Source of the DNA: Mycolicibacterium smegmatis
Lineage (GTDB): Bacteria > Actinomycetota > Actinomycetes > Mycobacteriales > Mycobacteriaceae
NCBI RefSeq assembly: GCF_001457595.1
Contig: NZ_LN831039.1
Coordinates: 2,640,001-2,672,000, forward strand
DNA length: 32,000 bases
Reading direction: 5' to 3'
Each line of letters begins with the position of its first letter. Position 1 is the stretch's first letter. Below the pieces are notes generated by a model. That model was not told the DNA's origin. It saw nothing but the letters and a program-made list of their open reading frames with translations, and searched no databases. This document shows, one piece after another, positions 16,299-24,274 of the stretch. The position numbers and the translations under genes are program-made.

Positions 16299-17318
16299 TC
16301 AGCAGTCTTCGGCGGCTGTCGTGGACGCGCCTTCAGGGAGGTACTGCGGGTCGAACAGCTCACACAGGTCGACCTCTGACGCGTCCTTGCCGACGAGCTC
16401 GAAGCCCTTCAACGCGTTGGCAATCGCCTCGGAGTTGAATCCGACGCCCCAGTAGTCGGATTCGAGGTAGCTCGCCACGATCTCTTCTGCGACCGCGGTG
16501 TCCTCTTTGGTGTGCTTGGCCCAGATCGCGGCGGCCTGCTGCGGATTGTCCCTGGTCCACCCGACGGCTTCGTCGTAGCCGGCGGTGATCGCCTTGATCA
16601 CATTCGGGTGCTCCTCGGCGTACTCGGGCGTCGTCGTCATCACGGTCTGCTGGAACTTCGGGATCACTTCCTTGGCCGAGACCACGAGCTTGTAGGCCTG
16701 CGCGTTCTTGAGCGCTTCGGCGATGGGGACGACGGCGGCATCGACGTCGCCGCCCTCGAGCAGCGCGATGCCCTCGCCGAGCCCGCCTGCCGCCTTGCGT
16801 TGGACGGCGTCGGCGTCGATCCCTTCGGCGTCGGGCAACAGGTAGGTCAGCTGCTGCGTGACGGAGCCTTCCCTGGTGAACGACCAGACCTTCACATCCT
16901 CGACGGAGTTCACCGCCTGGTTCTGCGCGAGCGCGTAGAAATCGTTGCCCGCCAACGACTGCACGGCGCCGCCGACGATGACGAGATCGGCACCGCTCGT
17001 CTTCGCGTCGACCACGGCCGGGAAGCTCGTATCGGCGATCGGAAGGTCGCCCGACAGTTGGTTCTGGATCGTCGACGCTCCGCCTTTTCCTGGCACGATC
17101 TGGCCGACCTCGACGCCGCGCTTCTCGAAGAAGCCCTGGTCGATCCCCACGAGCCACGGCACGGAGAACGGCTCGGTGTCGTGTGTGACCGTGATGTCGA
17201 TCTTGACCGGATTGTCGGGATCGGCGTCGCGGGATTCGGCTCCCGAACAACCGGCAAGCAGACCGATCGTGACGACGGAACTTGCCAGGGCCGCGGACAG
17301 TTTGCGCGTGGTTGACAT
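16299..17318 (-). CDS. ABC transporter substrate-binding lipoprotein (NMT1/THI5-like, NitT/TauT family)
   Basis: 339 aa. Signal peptide with lipobox (VTIGLLAGCSG). AGGAG lies 6 nt upstream of ATG 17318. Sits immediately upstream of the ATPase and permeases. Confidence 0.85.
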   Translation of the reverse strand: MSTTRKLSAALASSVVTIGLLAGCSGAESRDADPDNPVKIDITVTHDTEPFSVPWLVGIDQGFFEKRGVEVGQIVPGKGGASTIQNQLSGDLPIADTSFPAVVDAKTSGADLVIVGGAVQSLAGNDFYALAQNQAVNSVEDVKVWSFTREGSVTQQLTYLLPDAEGIDADAVQRKAAGGLGEGIALLEGGDVDAAVVPIAEALKNAQAYKLVVSAKEVIPKFQQTVMTTTPEYAEEHPNVIKAITAGYDEAVGWTRDNPQQAAAIWAKHTKEDTAVAEEIVASYLESDYWGVGFNSEAIANALKGFELVGKDASEVDLCELFDPQYLPEGASTTAAEDC

Positions 17319-17327
17319 CTGATGCTC

Positions 17328-17855
17328 CTAATCGGTGGTGCCCGGTCGTAGGTAGCCGTCTTCTTCGAGGCGCTGCAGCAGGCCGCCGCGCTGCAGGATC
17401 TCGACGAGGAACTGGGGGTAGGGCTTCGACGTGAGGACGGCCCCGGTCGAGTTGTTCCGGACGGTCGCGTTGACGATGTCGACGCTCAACTCGTCGCCCT
17501 CGGTGACGGCTGACGAAATTCCCGGCACGGCAAGGATCGGCAGGCCGTAGTTGATGCAGTTGCGCAGGAACAGCGAGTTGAAGCTCTCGGCGAGCAGGCA
17601 GGCGACGCCGAGTTCACGAAACAACAAGGCCACCGGCCGGCTCGATCCGAGCCCGAAGTTCGCGCCGCCGACGACGATGTCGCCGGCCCGCACCATCTCG
17701 GGCCAGCCCTTGCGTGATGCGTCGAACATCTCGTGCGCGGCCTGCGGGATCGGCAGTCGCATGGCGTACCCGGGAAACATGTCGTCGGTCGTCACCTCGT
17801 CACCGAAGGTCCACGAGCGACCCGAGAGCACGAGTTCATGTGTGGCGGTCGGCAT
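17328..17855 (-). CDS. Aconitase-family hydratase small subunit (LeuD-like swivel domain)
   Basis: 175 aa. GANFGLGSSR motif (compare LeuD GxNFGCGSSRE). ATG 17855 overlaps the large-subunit stop by 1 nt (TGATG). Confidence 0.85.
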   Translation of the reverse strand: MPTATHELVLSGRSWTFGDEVTTDDMFPGYAMRLPIPQAAHEMFDASRKGWPEMVRAGDIVVGGANFGLGSSRPVALLFRELGVACLLAESFNSLFLRNCINYGLPILAVPGISSAVTEGDELSVDIVNATVRNNSTGAVLTSKPYPQFLVEILQRGGLLQRLEEDGYLRPGTTD

Positions 17856-19096
17856 CAGACACCTCCGGGTGCGGTGATGTGTCCGGCGATGGCAGACGTC
17901 GCAACCGTCGCGGGCGAGGCCATGTAGATCTCGGCGTCGGGACTTCCCATGCGGCCCTTGAAGTTTCTGGTGCTGGCGGTCACGCAGACCTCGCCGGGGC
18001 CGAGCACACCCATGTGGTAGCCGAAGCAGGCACCGCAGGTCGGGTTGGTGACGACGCCACCCGCGGAGACGATCGAGGTGACATAGCCCGCCGCCACCGC
18101 GTCGAGGTACACCTGCTGCGAGGCCGGTGTGACGATCAGCCGTACACCGCTTTTCACCTTCTTCCCGTCGAGAATGGTGGCCGCGACACGCAGGTCGTCG
18201 AGTTGGCCGTTGGCACAGGAGCCGATGAACGCCTGATGGATCGGTTTGTCCTCCAGTTCGCTCACCGGCAGCGAATTGTTGATCACCGTGCCGGGTTTGG
18301 AGACCATGGGTTTCAGAGCGGAGAGATCGACGGAGCGTCGTACCGCGTACCGGGCGTCGTCATCGCCGTTGCACGGGTGCGCATCTCGCGCCCTGTCACC
18401 CAACGACTCCAGACACACCTCGTCGGCCGGGAACACCGAGAAGTCCGCCCCGACCTCCGCGCCCTGCGCGGCCATGGTGCGACGGTCCGACATCGGCACA
18501 CTCGACAGGCCGGGGCCGCCGTACTCGATCGCGTGGTCGGTGGCTTCGCCGTACGTGCCGGCGATGTGCAGGAAGATGTCCTTGCCGTTGATGTGGTCCG
18601 GTTTCTGCCCGACCAGGTCGTAGCGGATGGTCGGCGGAACCATGTGCCACGTCTTGCCGGTGCACACGATCTGCAGGACCTCCGCCGGACCGAGGCCACG
18701 TGCGGCGACGTTGAGGGCACCCGCGGCGCACGTGTGTGAATCGGTGCACGCGAGGTTCTGCCCGGGCAGAGCGAGGGCCTGCTCGGCGATCACCTGGTGC
18801 ACGATTCCGTGCCTGCCCACGTCGTAGAACTTGCTCACGCCGTGCGACCGGGCGAATTCACGTGCCCGCTCACCGCCTGAGGCGTCGCGGATCGACGGCG
18901 CGGGAACGGCGTGGTCCATGACGACGGCGATCTTGTCCGGATCGTGTACTTGCAGGACATGGTGCAGCCGGTCGTGCTGGAACTGCAGGTCGATCAGCAC
19001 GGTCAGGTCGACGTCGACCACCACGGTGTCGCCGGGCTTCGGCGCGGGGTGCTCCGATGCCCTGCCCAGTAACTGCTCGATGACGGTGGATCCCAT
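17855..19096 (-). CDS. Aconitase-family hydratase large subunit (LeuC/HacA-like, short 413-aa type)
   Basis: Fe-S cluster Cys boxes FIGSCANGQ and CGACFG. The Hxx substrate boxes are typical of isopropylmalate/homoaconitate dehydratases. Its start is directly adjacent to the upstream stop (TGAATG 19094-19099). Confidence 0.87.
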   Translation of the reverse strand: MGSTVIEQLLGRASEHPAPKPGDTVVVDVDLTVLIDLQFQHDRLHHVLQVHDPDKIAVVMDHAVPAPSIRDASGGERAREFARSHGVSKFYDVGRHGIVHQVIAEQALALPGQNLACTDSHTCAAGALNVAARGLGPAEVLQIVCTGKTWHMVPPTIRYDLVGQKPDHINGKDIFLHIAGTYGEATDHAIEYGGPGLSSVPMSDRRTMAAQGAEVGADFSVFPADEVCLESLGDRARDAHPCNGDDDARYAVRRSVDLSALKPMVSKPGTVINNSLPVSELEDKPIHQAFIGSCANGQLDDLRVAATILDGKKVKSGVRLIVTPASQQVYLDAVAAGYVTSIVSAGGVVTNPTCGACFGYHMGVLGPGEVCVTASTRNFKGRMGSPDAEIYMASPATVATSAIAGHITAPGGV

Positions 19097-19966
19097 TCAC
19101 ACACCTACGGTTGGAGTCGCGAATCGTTTGCCGACCTCGTCCCAGTAGTCCAGGCCGACGGCACGGAACAGCTCGTTAGGCGACCACTGGCTTCCCGTGT
19201 CGGTGTCACCGTCGCGCAGCGTTGCCAGGGCGTGGTCGACCGCGTCGGCCGCCGCACCGAATGCCAGGCCGGGCGCGATCACGATCGAATACCCTGCGGT
19301 CTGCAGCATTTCGAGTGACACGGGCGGCGTCTTTCCGCGTGGCACGACGTTGAACAGGGTCGGTTTGGAGATCAGCCCGGGGATGGCCGCGATCTGTTCG
19401 GCGGTCTGCGGTGCCTCGATGAAGATGACGTCGGCGCCTGCTTCTACATAACTCCTGGCGCGGGCCACCGCGTCGTCGAAACCTCGTGACGCGAGGGCGT
19501 CGGTGCGCGCGATCACCAGCATCCGGTCGTCGGTGCGTGCCTCGACGACGGCTTCGATCTTGCGCTGAAAGTCCTCTGGCGCAACAACTTCCTTCGAGTC
19601 GAGATGCCCGCACTTCTTGGGGAACATCTGGTCTTCCAGCTGGATCGCCGCGACTCCGGCACGCTCGTACAACTGGACGGTGCGTACGGCGTTGATGATG
19701 TCGCCGAATCCGGTGTCGGCATCGGCGATCAACGGGACGTCGCCGAGCACACCCGTCAGCAGGGCCACACGCGCAGCCATCTCGCTCTGACTCGTCAGGC
19801 CGAGGTCGGGCAATCCGAGCGAGGCGGCGACAGCGGCTCCGGACATGTAGGCCGCGTTGAACTCGCGGCGTTTCACCAGAGCGGCGGTCAATCCGTCGTA
19901 CACGCCGGGGGCCACCGTGAGCGTGCCGGACTCGATCTGCGCATTGAGTTTCCGACGAGCTTCCAT
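19097..19966 (-). CDS. PEP-mutase/isocitrate-lyase superfamily lyase (2-methylisocitrate lyase / 2,3-dimethylmalate lyase-like)
   Basis: 289 aa. Contains ADADTGFG, the EDQ box and FPKKCGHL (the K(K/R)CGH catalytic loop). The start abuts the IclR stop (TAAATG 19964-19969). Confidence 0.85.
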   Translation of the reverse strand: MEARRKLNAQIESGTLTVAPGVYDGLTAALVKRREFNAAYMSGAAVAASLGLPDLGLTSQSEMAARVALLTGVLGDVPLIADADTGFGDIINAVRTVQLYERAGVAAIQLEDQMFPKKCGHLDSKEVVAPEDFQRKIEAVVEARTDDRMLVIARTDALASRGFDDAVARARSYVEAGADVIFIEAPQTAEQIAAIPGLISKPTLFNVVPRGKTPPVSLEMLQTAGYSIVIAPGLAFGAAADAVDHALATLRDGDTDTGSQWSPNELFRAVGLDYWDEVGKRFATPTVGV

Positions 19967-20770
19967 TTACCGTCTCCTAATTGTCGTGTTCTGCGTGTCG
20001 CCGGTATCGCGCACCGGTGGGTACTTGCCCTGATATCCAATGGCCAGCGACAGCTCGCGAGCCGCATCGAGGACCATCAGCCCGAGTTCTTCGGCTCTGT
20101 CTTCCCCCATGCGGAATGCCGGTCCGCCGATGGTCATCGACCCGATCAGGCCGCTCGCGTCGAGCACCGGCGCCGCCACCGAGTTCAGCCCGTCCTCACG
20201 CTCGCTCTGTGCGTACGCCCAGCCGCGCTCCCGAATCACCTCGAGCTCTTTTCCGAGCTTCGCGCGACTGGTGATGGTGCCGCTGGCAAGTTTGGTCAGT
20301 CGTCTGAGGTTCGGAAGGTGGTCGGTGAAAGCGAGGATCACCTTGCCTCCGGACCCGGCGTACAGCGGGAGCGTTTGACCGATTTCGGTGTGGAAGACGA
20401 TCGATCTTCGCGACGAGCAGTTGTTGATCACGTATCGGCAGTCGTTGTCCAACAGCGCCAGCCCGGTCGATTCTCCCGAGCGGTCCCGTAGCTCGGCGAG
20501 GATCGGAGTCGAGGCCTCCACCAGGTCGGATCCGGCCTTGGCGACCTCGGCCCAGCCGACGAACCGCAGCGACAGCTTGTATCCGCGCGGGTCCTGGCTC
20601 AATATGCCCCGCTCGACGAGGCTGCGTATCAAGCGGTTGGTTGTCGTCGGTGGCAGGCCGGTACGCTCGCGGACATCCGCGGCCGTGGCCACCGGTGCGT
20701 GAACTGAAAAACAGCTCAACACACTGACGAACCGGTCCAGCATCTGGCCCGACGTTTCCTGATCGGCCAA
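19967..20770 (-). CDS. IclR-family transcriptional regulator
   Basis: 267 aa. N-terminal HTH (MLDRFVSVLSCF....VRERTGLPPTTTNRLIRSLVERGIL) plus a C-terminal IclR effector domain. The start is either TTG 20770 or ATG 20743. Confidence 0.87.
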   Translation of the reverse strand: MADQETSGQMLDRFVSVLSCFSVHAPVATAADVRERTGLPPTTTNRLIRSLVERGILSQDPRGYKLSLRFVGWAEVAKAGSDLVEASTPILAELRDRSGESTGLALLDNDCRYVINNCSSRRSIVFHTEIGQTLPLYAGSGGKVILAFTDHLPNLRRLTKLASGTITSRAKLGKELEVIRERGWAYAQSEREDGLNSVAAPVLDASGLIGSMTIGGPAFRMGEDRAEELGLMVLDAARELSLAIGYQGKYPPVRDTGDTQNTTIRRR

Positions 20771-20778
20771 GAAATCAC

Positions 20779-20813
20779 CCCCACTGAGTGGTTTGTGAAA
20801 CCGCTCACTGGGG
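20779..20813. promoter_or_regulatory. 13-bp-arm inverted repeat CCCCACTGAGTGG-N9-CCGCTCACTGGGG upstream of the IclR gene (candidate operator or 5' hairpin)
   Basis: The arms (20779-20791 and 20801-20813) pair with one mismatch and one G-T. The element sits 9-43 nt upstream of TTG 20770 on the minus strand. Confidence 0.35.
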
Positions 20814-21176
20814 TCCCAGTCAACGTCGAGGAAACACGTCTGTCAAGGGTGGGTAACGCGTTGTTGATTGATTCTCTCGATCACCTCCAGAGCTGCTGTT
20901 CGTAACTGCTCTACGTTCGGAGTCTCTGAGATGCAACGGAATCCGGCGATCGTTGGGCTCTTCCGGTCGCCGAATTGTTCGATATCGAGAGAAACCGGCG
21001 AACTGAATTCTCGGGGACCGTTCGGGCTGTTTCATCCAGTTCGCCGGGCTGTTTTCGACCTCGGCGCGACGGGCGCAGCGCAAACTATCAAGCCCCTCTT
21101 TGTGGATGAAATCGCGTCTGGGGATAACTCAGCGCTGTGGGCCGGCTCTGTCGGTGCGTGTCGGCACGTTGTGGGC

Positions 21177-21545
21177 ATGAGTTCATTGACACGGGCCGAG
21201 CTGGGCGCACTGGGTGAGCAGGTCGCCGTCGAGCATCTGGCGGCTCTGGGTTTGAAGACGCTGGCCCGCAATTGGCGGTGCCGGTACGGCGAACTGGACA
21301 TCATCGCCGAGGACGCGGCGACGGGCACGGTGGTGTTCGTCGAGGTGAAGACGCGTAGTGGTGACGGTTTCGGCGGTCTGGCAGAGGCGGTCACGCCGCA
21401 GAAGGTGCGCCGGATCCGCCGGCTGGCGGCGATCTGGTTGGCCGCCCAGGACGCGCACTGGGCGGTACTGCGCATCGATGTGATCGGGGTGCGGGTGGGG
21501 CGCAGCCGTGATCCGGAGATCGTGCATCTGGCGGGGGTGGGTTGA
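21177..21545 (+). CDS. YraN-family (UPF0102) endonuclease-like protein
   Basis: 122 aa from ATG 21177. Family pattern NWRCRYGELDIIAEDAATGTVVFVEVKTRSG. The in-frame upstream extension (20868-21176) has atypical low-G+C, non-coding-like composition. Confidence 0.85.
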   Translation: MSSLTRAELGALGEQVAVEHLAALGLKTLARNWRCRYGELDIIAEDAATGTVVFVEVKTRSGDGFGGLAEAVTPQKVRRIRRLAAIWLAAQDAHWAVLRIDVIGVRVGRSRDPEIVHLAGVG

Positions 21546-21546
21546 G

Positions 21547-23055
21547 ATGAGTTTGGGCAGAGCGTATTCGGTTGCGGTGCGGGGGCTGGACGGGGTGATC
21601 GTGGAGATCGAGGCCGACATCACCTCCGGCCTGCCGAGTGTGAATCTGGTGGGGTTGCCCGACACGGCGCTGCAGGAGTCGCGGGACCGTGTCCGGGCGG
21701 CGATCACGAATTGCGGGAGTTCCTGGCCGATGTCGCGGCTGACGTTGGCGTTGTCACCCGCGACGCTGCGCAAGGTCGGTTCGGTGTACGACCTGGCTCT
21801 GGCGTCGGCGGTGTTGTCGGCGCACACCAAGGCCACGTGGGCGCGGTTGGAGAAGACGGTGCTGCTGGGTGAACTCGCGCTCGACGGGCGGGTGCGCCCG
21901 GTGACCGGGGTGTTGCCTGCTGTGCTCGCAGCCAAGCGTGAGGGGTGGCCGTCGGTGGTGGTGCCGGTCGACAACCTGGCCGAGGCGAGTTTGATCGACG
22001 GTATCGACGTCTGGGGTGTGCGCACGTTGGGCGAGTTGCAGTCGTGGCTGAAGGGTAAGGCCGAGTTGCACGGCCGGGTTTCCGCGCCGACCCGGGGGCC
22101 GGAGCCGGCACCGGATCTCGCCGATGTGGTCGGTCAGTTCCAGGCCAGGCACGCCGTCGAGGTGGCGGCCGCCGGAGCGCACCATCTCATGCTCACGGGG
22201 CCACCGGGCACCGGGAAAACCATGTTGGCGCAGCGCCTTCCCGGCCTGCTGCCGCAGTTGTCACACGAAGAGGCGCTCGAGGTGACCGCGATCCATTCGG
22301 TGGCCGGACTGCTGTCGGGGGACACCCCGTTGATCACCGTGCCGCCGTTCGTCGCGCCGCACCACACCTCCAGCGTCGCGTCCCTCGTCGGCGGTGGCAC
22401 CGGACTGGCCCGCCCCGGAGCGGTGAGCCGCGCCCACCGCGGTGTGCTGTTCCTCGACGAGTTCGCCGAGATGGGCGCCCGCGCACTCGAGGCGCTACGA
22501 ACACCCTTGGAAGACGGCGAGATCCGGCTCGCGCGCCGTGACGGCGTCGCGTGTTATCCGGCGCGCTTCCAACTCGTGCTCGCCGCCAATCCCTGCCCGT
22601 GCGCACCGCCCAATCCGGTCGACTGCATCTGTTCGGCGCAGGCCCGGTTGCGGTACCGCGGCAAGCTTTCCGGGCCGTTGGTCGATCGTGTCGATCTGCG
22701 CGTGGAACTGCATCCGATCAGTGCCGGGGCGTTCACGCCGGAGGCGGCGGAGTCGTCGGCCGAGGTCCGCGCGCGGGTCGCGGCGGCCCGGGGGGCGGCC
22801 GAGGAACGGTGGCGGCCGTACGGCATCCGCACCAACGCCGAGGTGGCAGGCCCGCTGCTGCGCCGCAAGTTTCGGTTGTCGAAGAACACCATGGCGCCAT
22901 TGCGGATCGCGTTGGACCGTGGCGCGGTGAGCATCCGAGGAGCCGACCGTTGTCTGCGTGTGGCATGGACGCTCGCGGATCTGGCGGGCCGGACGTCGCC
23001 GACGGTCGAGGACGTCACACAGGCATTGAGCTTCCGACAGGGCGGGGGTATGTGA
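21547..23055 (+). CDS. YifB/ComM-family Mg-chelatase-like AAA+ ATPase
   Basis: 502 aa. ATG 21547 lies 1 nt after the yraN stop. N-terminal Lon-like domain, Walker A GPPGTGKTMLA, Walker B GVLFLDEF, C-terminal Mg-chelatase-C-like region. Confidence 0.92.
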   Translation: MSLGRAYSVAVRGLDGVIVEIEADITSGLPSVNLVGLPDTALQESRDRVRAAITNCGSSWPMSRLTLALSPATLRKVGSVYDLALASAVLSAHTKATWARLEKTVLLGELALDGRVRPVTGVLPAVLAAKREGWPSVVVPVDNLAEASLIDGIDVWGVRTLGELQSWLKGKAELHGRVSAPTRGPEPAPDLADVVGQFQARHAVEVAAAGAHHLMLTGPPGTGKTMLAQRLPGLLPQLSHEEALEVTAIHSVAGLLSGDTPLITVPPFVAPHHTSSVASLVGGGTGLARPGAVSRAHRGVLFLDEFAEMGARALEALRTPLEDGEIRLARRDGVACYPARFQLVLAANPCPCAPPNPVDCICSAQARLRYRGKLSGPLVDRVDLRVELHPISAGAFTPEAAESSAEVRARVAAARGAAEERWRPYGIRTNAEVAGPLLRRKFRLSKNTMAPLRIALDRGAVSIRGADRCLRVAWTLADLAGRTSPTVEDVTQALSFRQGGGM

Positions 23056-24173
23056 TGAGCGACGAGGTGCGCAGGGCGTGGGCCTATCTGTCGCGTGTCG
23101 CCGAACCTCCGTGCCCTGACCTCGCGGCGCTGGTGTCCGCGCACGGCCCGGTCGAAGCCGCGAACATGGTGAGGTCAGGCAACGTCGATCCGAAACTGCG
23201 GCGCTGGGTCGACGCACGGCGTGAGGTCGATTGCGCGGCACAGGATCTCGAAGTGCTCGATCGGCTGGGCGGGCGGTTGATCACACCTGAGGACGACGAA
23301 TGGCCGCGGCTGGCCTTCGACCCGCTCGATCGGCTCGCCAAACGCACCGGCCGTGCGCCGCTGGTGCTGTGGGCCGTGGGTCCGGTACGTCTCGACGACG
23401 CCGTCGAACGCGCGGCCGCACTCGTCGGCACCCGCGCAGCGACCGCCTACGGTGAGCATGTCACCGGTGAATTCGCCGCCGGACTGGTCGAGCGTGACGT
23501 CACCGTGGTGTCCGGCGGCGCGTACGGCGTCGACGGAGCTGCGCATCGCGCGGCACTGGCAAGCGAAGGCATCACCGTCGCGGTCGTCGCAGGTGGTATC
23601 GACAATCCGTATCCCGCCGGGCACAGCGCGCTGTTCCGGCGGATCAGCGAGGACTGTCTGCTGCTCAGCGAGTATCCGCCCGGTATCCCGCCGGGACGGC
23701 TACGTTTCCTCACGCGCAACCGGCTGGTCGCCGCGCTGTCGGGGGCGACTGTGGTGGTGGAGGCCGGGCTGCGTAGCGGTGCGGCCAACACCGCGGCGTG
23801 GGCGCGGATGATCGGCCGGCAGGTGTGCGCGGTGCCCGGGCCCGTGACCTCGGCCGCATCGGCTGGGTGTCACGCGCTGCTGCGCGGTGATGCACATCTG
23901 GTGACGCGCGCGGCGGAGGTGGTGGAGTTCGTCGGCCGCATCGGCGAGCTCGCGCCGGACGAACCGCGTCCCGTCACTCGGCTCGACGGGCTCAGTGAGG
24001 GGGAGAAGCAGGTCTATGACGCGCTGCCCGCGCGAGGTGCGGTGACCGTCGAGGAGATCGCGGTGGCGGCCGGGATCGCGCCGCAGCACGTTCTGGGGCC
24101 CTTAGCGATGCTCGAAATCGCTGGTCTGGCGATATCGGAGGCCGGAACGTGGCGGCTGAACAAGCGACGGTAG
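23055..24173 (+). CDS. dprA: DNA-processing protein DprA
   Basis: 372 aa. ATG 23055 overlaps the comM-like stop (TGATG). Rossmann-like DprA core VVSGGAYGVDGAAHRAAL ... FLTRNRLVAALS. C-terminal winged-helix-like segment EKQVYDALP...VEEIA. Confidence 0.9.
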   Translation: MSDEVRRAWAYLSRVAEPPCPDLAALVSAHGPVEAANMVRSGNVDPKLRRWVDARREVDCAAQDLEVLDRLGGRLITPEDDEWPRLAFDPLDRLAKRTGRAPLVLWAVGPVRLDDAVERAAALVGTRAATAYGEHVTGEFAAGLVERDVTVVSGGAYGVDGAAHRAALASEGITVAVVAGGIDNPYPAGHSALFRRISEDCLLLSEYPPGIPPGRLRFLTRNRLVAALSGATVVVEAGLRSGAANTAAWARMIGRQVCAVPGPVTSAASAGCHALLRGDAHLVTRAAEVVEFVGRIGELAPDEPRPVTRLDGLSEGEKQVYDALPARGAVTVEEIAVAAGIAPQHVLGPLAMLEIAGLAISEAGTWRLNKRR

Positions 24174-24212
24174 ACGACCTGGGGTGTGAGTGTCTCCGTA
24201 TAGTCGGTGGGG

Positions 24213-24260
24213 TCCGGAGGCGGGCCGACAGATGAGGTCGGAGGCGGGCCGACAGATGAG
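24213..24260 (+). repeat. 2 x 24-nt tandem direct repeat (TC/GT)CGGAGGCGGGCCGACAGATGAG upstream of the viuB-like gene
   Basis: 24213-24236 versus 24237-24260 match at 22/24 positions. Each unit carries GGAGG followed 11 nt later by an ATG. Confidence 0.9.
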
Positions 24261-24274
24261 TTTGGAGGGGCGCA

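Noticed and set aside
24174-24274. An IdeR iron box was expected upstream of the viuB-like siderophore-interacting protein gene.
   Set aside because: Nothing resembling the TTAGGTTAGGCTAACCTAA-type box is present. Only the 24-nt tandem repeat is seen.
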